Positions 56,801-64,000 of a stretch of 64,000 nucleotides of DNA are shown here, piece after piece. This stretch comes from Octopus sinensis (lineage: Eukaryota). The DNA lies in NCBI RefSeq assembly GCF_006345805.1, contig NC_043005.1:67394001-67458000 (forward strand). Reading direction: 5' to 3'. Each line of letters starts with the position of its first letter. The stretch's first letter is position 1. A program made the position numbers and the translations under genes. Below the pieces are notes generated by a model, which saw nothing but the letters and a program-made list of their open reading frames with translations, had not been told where the DNA came from and did not search any database.

Positions 56801-57843
56801 GTGCTTTGCTGTACCTAATCGCTTCTGCTTTTACTGCTCTCTTGAGGGCAAACCACCATTTGTTGTTGATGATAGCTCCCGTCAAAGCCCTCTTTACTAG
56901 TGTGCTAATCCGGTCTCTGAAAACCTGTGGAATGTGGAATTGTGGACATCCTATGCTATCTCTATCTACTGTCCTACACAGTATCCTATCTAGATACGAT
57001 CTCGACGACCCGATGCGGTTGCTCCATGTCCACGTTGGCGCATTCGGGTGGTCTAGTCGGAACCTGTCAGACAGTTGAAAGCGTCTGAGCAGGTCTCTGA
57101 GGCATTTGCATCCCCGTCTATTCCTATCTCTACCCACGTAGTCTACATGCGTGTCCAACGTAGCATTCCAATCCCCCACTAAGAGTAAAGGACGAGACGT
57201 TCCCAAGAATACTTCTAGACGTTGAAAGAAATCCGCCCGACCTGTTAAGGGCGGTGCGTAAACTGATACGAGTCGAAAAGCGCACCCATTGCTGCCGTCG
57301 ACATCCAGGACGACCAGTCTACCCTCCGGGTCTACGAATATTGTCCTTACTTTGAGATCCAGACTCTTGTGAAAAAGTACCGCGGTGCCACTACCGCCAA
57401 TTCTCGGCAGGCAGGGGGGAAAATAAATGTTGAACTGTCCGCCAAACATGGTCTTTAGGGCCCGCGGATTGTGGAGTCTGGTCTCACTTATGGCTATGAT
57501 TTCTAACTTTTGTGACTTTATGTCATTTAAGAGGTACCCTTGTTTCCAAGGGGACCCCAAGCCACGGGCATTTACACAACCAATCTTGATCATAGTTCCA
57601 ATGAATTAGAATACAGAGGGTTACTTACTGCTCGAAAGTTTTTGCTTTCTCCTCCGTTGGTTTGTCCTCGAGAAGATCCCAGTACAGTTTCTTTGTGAGA
57701 TATTTTTGGCATTTACCAACCGCACTGGGGAAAATGCCTTTGAGTGTGTGGTGCAGACTTTTGGAGATGTGTAATATTTTGATGTGGTCTGGTGGTGTTG
57801 TGTATGGGTGATTGTTTGTTTTTATGTCATCTTCTGTTATGTT
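53850..57843 (-). mobile_element. Tx1-like LINE, 5'-truncated within ORF1, flanked on both sides by (GATA)n
   Basis: Contains ORF2 and a ~400-nt 3' UTR ending GGCTAATAAAGAAA. Stretch 57625-57843 is an open frame ending in a stop just upstream of ORF2, probably the ORF1 C-terminus. (GATA)n lies at 53704-53849 and 57844-58068. Confidence 0.9.
54258..57593 (-). CDS. L1/Tx1-clade non-LTR retrotransposon ORF2 (APE endonuclease + reverse transcriptase + C-terminal zinc finger)
   Basis: 1111-aa open ORF with APE motifs (NARGL, ISETR, GDWNA, YLDRI), RT motifs (SPGLDGLPYE, NFRPITLLN, LDQSKAFDRV, SVRQGCPLS, YADD) and CPRC...H...C. The terminal SDH/TDH motif of the endonuclease appears to be missing. 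Confidence 0.95.
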   Translation of the reverse strand: MIKIGCVNARGLGSPWKQGYLLNDIKSQKLEIIAISETRLHNPRALKTMFGGQFNIYFPPCLPRIGGSGTAVLFHKSLDLKVRTIFVDPEGRLVVLDVDGSNGCAFRLVSVYAPPLTGRADFFQRLEVFLGTSRPLLLVGDWNATLDTHVDYVGRDRNRRGCKCLRDLLRRFQLSDRFRLDHPNAPTWTWSNRIGSSRSYLDRILCRTVDRDSIGCPQFHIPQVFRDRISTLVKRALTGAIINNKWWFALKRAVKAEAIRYSKALAIDRNRVEGELVKKLEEAIRSGIASDVLAARLALDQHFNAKHEGCAVRARMRALRNEGVGAAREARVAEAQQGNKATIRSLVDEQGRELLEPSKMCEAFQQHFARLFGTSGGQERRVDFSAYLHSLPRLSTRKAGCCEGAITAAEVQEAMAECSRDKSPGLDGLPYELYNCMPDLFGDLLAAVYCNWQQNGSIPGFVSRGAVTLLKKDLNKGNVIDNFRPITLLNADLKILAKVLAKRLALVIEKLVDRAQTCAVPGRTIHENLHLMRYIIDRVVNEPGMGGALINLDQSKAFDRVDHRYLEAVLRAAGFGPVFRGWIAALYRGIRSVIRVNGHLSRPFDIARSVRQGCPLSALLYVLTLEPLLRKLATLRGIPRELGCGTSVSAYADDVTVIVSSHEHIELVGETLKNYEAVTGAKINREKSVGLRLGTWRSKPMPSTSASVVGRWTDGPVELLGVWFGPDLQVEKNWNEITSRVVTLARQWAERKLSLKGRAEVANTYIASVIYYRLTVVPCPDPTITKLQRILFRFLWKGCVPMVRRSICCQHPLKGGLGMPWLMMRRYALRLRHLWLYVDDGEQVWSPFVRHAFPQLVSMTELQSWIKKRPRKGEWHRECRVALKQLCRPGSTLSDFNTTKAFYRGLVEGRYDDELGANLDVDEEYLTRLFRTTFGPGPMDNFQRSLAWQCYREALPVRDKLYRHGSRNTGPTCPRCGQSDETVLHALVQCPTISDLWAYVEQLLSRVGRVGLSAESIVNIITPPSFKREGRAIFIILVAMAKECIWWTRLKGLETNTFLSGQSLINFFKYHLKRKVRVERQVLSSECFKKRWVNVARMARMNDEATLSIIL

Positions 57844-57897
<54 letters not shown>

Positions 57898-57917
57898 AGA
57901 TGGATAGATAGATAGAT

Positions 57918-57969
<52 letters not shown>

Positions 57970-57972
57970 GAC

Positions 57973-58068
<96 letters not shown>

Positions 58069-58723
58069 CACCCACTTAGAGTAAATCAATTGATTGAAAA
58101 GTGTTTTCCTACATTTAGACATATAAAACGATTCTATAAATCATATTTGACACATAGAGAATATCCTACGTTTCCATAACTACTGCTATTGTTCTCATTA
58201 TTTTTACATTCATAACTGTTGTCGTTCAATATTTATAGTTGTATGTTTTATAATTAATATTTTTTTCTTTTTTTTGTCGTTTTTTTTTTTCGTCGGCAAT
58301 CTATCTTAATTACATTTAAGGCTATTCTTCCATCATAAATTGTGAGAAGTCATATCAATTAGTTTGCAAAAATAATAGAAATATGTTCAAATCATTAATT
58401 ATATACAGCTAATTTACCTATATTGTACATACACGGTCCCATCCCCTCCCCTCACCAATTTCCTGTTTTTCAACCTTTTATTCACAGAAGCACACTTCTC
58501 TTGATCCTAAAGAGAGACACATATATGCATGTGTATATATGTATATATGAGTGTATATGTGTGTGTACAGATACAGCTATATTCATATATATGCATGCAC
58601 ATATCTTGTCTATATTATATATGCATAAGTATGCAGGCATGCACAGACATATCCTATCGATATACATATATAGATATGAAAATAGGTGTAAATGAGTATA
58701 AATATATAAATATATATATATAA

Positions 58724-58773
<50 letters not shown>

Positions 58774-59319
58774 GTTTATGTACATGCATTTATATATAAT
58801 ATATTTAAGATTGAATTATATTTGATGGACTTGCCGTTTCCCAGCTTTTTTTTTTTTTTTTGTAAAGCGAAGCACCAGTATCCTTACTTTTATTTACGAC
58901 CATAAACGAGTCTATTGTGTTTGAGGCAACGTTATCTTAACCAGAGTGGCAGTAAAGAATCTCCTTGCAGGCTGTGTTTAGTGCAAAAGTACTACATTCC
59001 GCGTAAAAGTATCGGAATATAATTTTACAATGAGAAATGCACTAACGTTCATATTAATCAGTTGTCAGCTATGTCTCTAAACATTGGGTTGGGTTAATGG
59101 GCTCTAATACTTGTATAAATTGCGCATATGTTATGTTATATGTATTCAGCTGCTCGGAAAATACTGTCCAATTTTTCGGAAGCATTTTTTCAAATTCGAT
59201 ATAAGATGTTATTTTTGTAGGCGGAATGCTACATGCTTAATAATTGATGTGTAATCTTAAATAAAGTTTTATTTATTTCTCTTAAAATATGATTTTGAAG
59301 AGTAGAAATCCTTAATTTC

Positions 59320-60010
59320 AAACATGAAAAAATGAAATGCGACTACTTGTTTGGCATAAATTCAAGATCGGATATAATGTTTCCCACACAGTCGCCAATA
59401 TCAACAGGGCATGTGGTGATAGGTCCACTGGTGACCGAACGGTACAACACTGGTTCGAGAAATTCCGTAGAGAGTATAAGAGGCTCGAAGATCAAAAAGG
59501 TAGAGGACGTCCATCCATCCGTGATGTTCATTATTTGAAAATAATAGTCGAAGGAAAGCGTCAGAGAAATGCCTCCTATGTTTGGTGTCAGTGTTTGAAC
59601 AGTATCAGATAACCTCAGGAAAATCGACAAAGTAAAACAGGCTCGATAAATGGGTCCCGTATGACCTGAATGAAAATCAAAGTCTTCGGCGTTTTGAAGT
59701 GTGTTCGAGGCTCTCTCTGCGAAATTCTAATGACCCATTTCTTGATTGAATAGTGACTTGTGACAATCTTAAGCGACCGGGTCAACAGTCTGATCATGAT
59801 GAAGCACCCAAACACTTCCCGAAATTGAAGTTGCATCAGTAGAAGATTATGGTGGTTTACGATTGGTGTCGTCCATTACAGCCTTCTGGAACTTAACCAG
59901 AGCATTTCATCGGAAGTTTGATATAAGCTACTGGAATAAATGCAGATTCACTTGAGCAAAAGGAGACCTGTACTTGTTGATCGACGCGGTCCAACACGTT
60001 GTTATCCAGT
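59320..60010 (+). mobile_element. Mariner transposase relic
   Basis: HKFKIGYNVSHTVANINRACG...RTVQHWFEKFR...LEDQKGRGRP, followed by decayed KWVP and IVTCD motifs. Confidence 0.88.
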
Positions 60011-60336
60011 TGCGTACCGGGGTCATTAAATTAAGTATCAGTTGCGTAGTGAGGTCGATCTAATCGGCTGGCTCCTCCCCCACATTTCGGGCCTTGTGTC
60101 TGGTTTAGAAAAGAATATATGCAACATCAAAACACAACATATAATTCTCCGTGCAAATACAGATTTCATGCTATACATTGGCATGTGCAGGCTGGTCTGT
60201 AAGCAGACTGGAGACAAGATGCAATGTAGAGGAAAAGAAACTTGGGCGGGTGTGTAATATTTGTCATAAAACGCTTACGAGTGTTTCATACACACACACA
60301 TATATTACCATATTATTGATATTTATATATATGTAG

Positions 60337-60700
60337 TCTTTTACTTGTATCAGTCATTTGACTGCGGCCATGCTAGAGCACCGCCGTTAGTCGAACAAAT
60401 CGGTCCCGGAACTTATTATCTGTATACATACTACTTATTCTATCAGCCCCTTATGCCGAACCGCTAAGTTACGGGGACGTATGCACACCAACATTAGTTG
60501 TCAAGCGATGGTGTGGGGACAATCACAAATATATACATATATACGACGGGATTCTTTCAGTTTCTGTCCACCAAATCCACTCACAGGGCTTTGGTCGACC
60601 CGCAGCTATAGTAAAAGAGCCTTGCTCAAGATTCCACACCGCGGAAACCCGGAATCTTGTGGCCGGGAAGCAAGATTTTTGAAATCGCCTTCACATAGTC
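60337..60700 (-). mobile_element. SINE family A, diverged
   Basis: Body and tail match the other copies. Confidence 0.8.
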
Positions 60701-60719
60701 ATATATAGCTACTCTTCTC

Positions 60720-61025
60720 GAATGTGTTATCACCTAGCATTGCTGCAACTTCTGCCCTATGTGCGACAGATTTAATCATACATCCTTAGTCGAATGCACA
60801 GGTTCCTGAGCCTCAACATTTACAACTAGGAGTGTTTTCTTGGTGTTGTTCTCGTGTTATGATGCTTTGCATATTGGGGCAGTATCTATATGATAATTTC
60901 ACTGATCGACTGTTAAATATCTTCCTGTACCTGTGATTTTCTGGAAAATAACAGGAATCTTTTACTTGTGTTAGTTTTCTTCATTAAGGGAAAGGTCACG
61001 GCGAACCAAGTTATTTCCCTAGGTC

Positions 61026-61057
<32 letters not shown>

Positions 61058-61560
61058 GTATTAGTATTATTATTATTATAATTCCGAAGATTATTAGAGG
61101 GGTTCTATATTAATTTATCCTTAAAGACACTATTAGCTTGGGCATTGTTGTTGCATGGGGTTGCCGTCTCGAAAACCTTTTAGAGAGGTTAGATACTCTC
61201 TTACTAATGTTAGCTATCAGGTTTTTAGATACTACAGGGGTGGGGATGGCAAGTATGTCTATGTATATAGGAAAGTATCTCGTTGGGCTTATAGTAAAGT
61301 TTATCAGAGGAGGACTAAACATCTAAAAAATCAACTTAGATTAGTAGCGTCTGTGATATTAATTGACTGAAGGTAGAGATAAGTTGTTTCCTAAATTTAT
61401 CTCAGGTGTGACAATCAGTCAGCTCAGTATGCTGTTAGGTGCTCCATCCACTTAGTCATATTTGTTCTGGTCTGGCAGACTAGACCTGAAACAGTGGATA
61501 ATGTTTACTGATTTCTGATAAGGTAAGAGAAGCTTTCCATTCAGCTCACATTCGTCTTTT
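60720..61560 (-). mobile_element. Decayed Penelope-like element
   Basis: VSKNLIANISKRVSNLS and NHRYRKIFNSRSVKLSYRYCPNMQSII correspond to the PLE RT-thumb/linker motifs also seen at 19.5-19.9 kb. Confidence 0.75.
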
Positions 61561-62469
61561 TGTTTTTTTGTTTTTGCCTGTTGGTATATGGTACTGAGGA
61601 GAGCTTAGAAATTTATAATGTATCTACCAGTCCAGTGGTGTTCTAATACCTATTTGATAAAAGAAATAGTTGTTTCTCCTTGGTAACTGCAGTGAAAAGC
61701 TGTTACAAAATCAAATATATTTTAAATGTATTTCTTTATTCTTCATCTTTAATTCGTGCACATCTCCACCTGTATGCGTATATGCGTGTTTGTGTGTGTA
61801 TGTGTATTTGCGTGCATGTCTGTGTATGTGTATGTCTGTGTCTGTGTGCGTTTTCCTTTGAAGAATTTCAGGCACCCACTAACGGCGAATTAGCAACGCT
61901 CGTTTGTTTAAGTCAAGATAGCTCTTGGAATTTGTGGTCATCTATATTGGTTGGTGTGTGCATATATGAGTAGATATATTTGTATGTGCATTACATATGC
62001 GTGTGATACGTGCACACAGAAATACGATATGATTTAAATGTAAGCACATGTATACATATATGAATATCTATGTATGACTATATTTGTGTATGCAATTTCT
62101 TATGATAATTACATTTATGTGTGCTTATACGTGAGATTTTTATTGACTGCTTCCTAATGCATATCCATTTCTAGCAAGTGCAGAGCCGCTTACATAACCA
62201 CATGTAGTCTGAATATGTCTGAGCAGGCATATTTCTACATGTGCATATATAACTCCGTCTTTATAATACATATGTATAGGTAGTGTGTTTGTGTGTATTT
62301 ATAGACGTCAGAATATTCAATTTTGTTTCTACACATATCTGAAATATATATCTGAAACAAATGATGCGATCGTTTAGGTGCCATAATTCTTTTGACCTCC
62401 TGCCAATATATATAATCTCGTACTGTCTCGTTTGTCATTATACTTCGCTTGATTTTCCTCGAGATTTAC

Positions 62470-62578
62470 CGCAAATTTCACCGTCTACAGTAATTTGCTC
62501 AGTAAATAAGCTGACATTTATCTTCTTAGATCTCCTATTTGTAGCAATGTTCTCATTATTCCATAATCCTTCACTAAT
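62470..62578 (-). CDS. Candidate exon (109 nt, phase 0-1): ISEGLWNNENIATNRRSKKINVSLFTEQITVDGEIC
   Basis: Acceptor tttgaattatag|A and donor GCG|gtaaat. An alternative donor lies at 62444. Confidence 0.3.
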
Positions 62579-63044
62579 CTATAATTCAAATTTCAGCACA
62601 GTAGAGAAAGGAGGAAAAGTTGGTTTATTCGAACCGATGGATTTTGTGCCGAAGGTCGTCGACCAAAACAATGAAAAGCCGACCTATTCTGACAATAAGT
62701 GATTAATAAACTATAAAGAAAACCATTTAATTTTTAACATACGTCACCTACAACTGAAACTTCCCTTAATATATACATTTTTTTTTTCTTTTAACTTATT
62801 CAGTCTTTCTTCGGCCATTTAGATTCGGAAAACTTTTCCGGTTTACAAGATGTAAACTATAATCTACCAAGTTTATTATTCATTTTATATTGTTAATGCG
62901 TAGATTGATGGTTGATTGTAAGAGGAATTTATAGCCAAGTAAAAATGATTAAGAATAGAATGCCAGTTTATTATAAGAAGAGCTGGAGAGGACTAATACT
63001 ATGTATACACAGATTCGGACAGCCACAAGTGTGTGGCTTTGCGT

Positions 63045-63080
<36 letters not shown>

Positions 63081-63091
63081 TATATATATAT

Positions 63092-63175
<84 letters not shown>

Positions 63176-63229
63176 ATATATATATTACGGCACAACTACT
63201 ATACCTCTACTCATCCCGCTCTATTTAGT

Positions 63230-63390
63230 ATTATACCAAAAGACATCAAAACGGAAACAGATCTCATAAAATTCAAAAGTCCTCCAGACAAATTTCTCCA
63301 AACAATCCCGGACCTACCGCCAATGTCCGGATATGTCTCCAACAATAATAACTCTTTGCGAGAGTGTGCCATGGTGTCCCATATATGACT
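63230..63390 (+). mobile_element. Decayed CR1 ORF2 C-terminal fragment
   Basis: FKSPPDKFLQTIPDLP resembles FKMKLDLFLSGVPDEP at the end of the 24-kb CR1. Confidence 0.45.
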
Positions 63391-63618
63391 GAGGTGTGAA
63401 TCACGATCTAAATGACTTCATCAAACACACAACCCATACACATGTATTGAAAGCATGCAGTTATATATGCACTCATAGAAATATGCCTCCTCAGACATAT
63501 TCACACTACATCTAGTTATGTAAGTGGTTGTACAATTAGAAGAAACGGAGGCGTATTAATAAACGGTCAAGAAAAATCCTTCGTATAAGTACACACCGAA
63601 AGTTATCTTTGACATCCA

Positions 63619-63703
<85 letters not shown>

Positions 63704-63919
63704 TTGTTTATATACATATGTATATATACAAAGAGAGAGAGAGATGTATATAATACTAGTATCTAGTTATGATCATGATATCAAGATTTCAAGGTGGTAA
63801 CCATATCCGAAAATATTACATGGCTTTTTAGAAGGCTCTTGTAACGTACAGAAGCTGAAAATTACAATAATTGAATGTAGGAATAACTTAAACATTTCTC
63901 CTTCCAACATAGGATCAAA

Positions 63920-63975
63920 AATAGGTGCCCCAGCATGGCCACAGCTCATGAGCTGAAACTGGAAAAATCAAAATC
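63920..63975 (+). mobile_element. CR1 3' tail fragment
   Basis: GGTGCCCCAGCATGGCCACAGCTCATGAGCTGAAACT matches the reverse complement of 23708-23745. Confidence 0.8.
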
Positions 63976-64000
63976 AATACCCAAAGCAGAACCAATTGAT

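Noticed and set aside
54578-57078. Plus-strand ORFs overlapping the Tx1, and similar ORFs over the CR1
   Set aside because: They are antisense shadows of GC-richer retroelement coding sequence.

Overview
AT-rich, microsatellite-dense animal genomic DNA. It is most likely octopus/cephalopod, inferred from the SINE families and repeat landscape. Most of the window is retroelement-derived: a young L1/Tx1-clade LINE (1111-aa ORF2) with a 5'-truncated twin, both embedded in (GATA)n; several R4/Dong-like fragments embedded in (TAA)n; a near full-length frameshifted CR1; Penelope-like relics, one with a hammerhead-like core; two mariner relics; and two tRNA-headed SINE families. One SINE family has a 3' tail matching the Tx1 in this window, and the other matches the CR1. 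Host-gene content is a 1.25-kb coiled-coil coding exon (minus strand, 40.0-41.3 kb) and chains of short, hand-predicted, phase-compatible exons on the minus strand (11.9-22.5 kb and 42-62.6 kb). Weaker plus-strand exon candidates and an exact RFX X-box consensus match at 30.1 kb are also present. No host protein was recognised by name. All exon calls and alignments were done by eye. Most ORFs in the supplied track are translated microsatellites.
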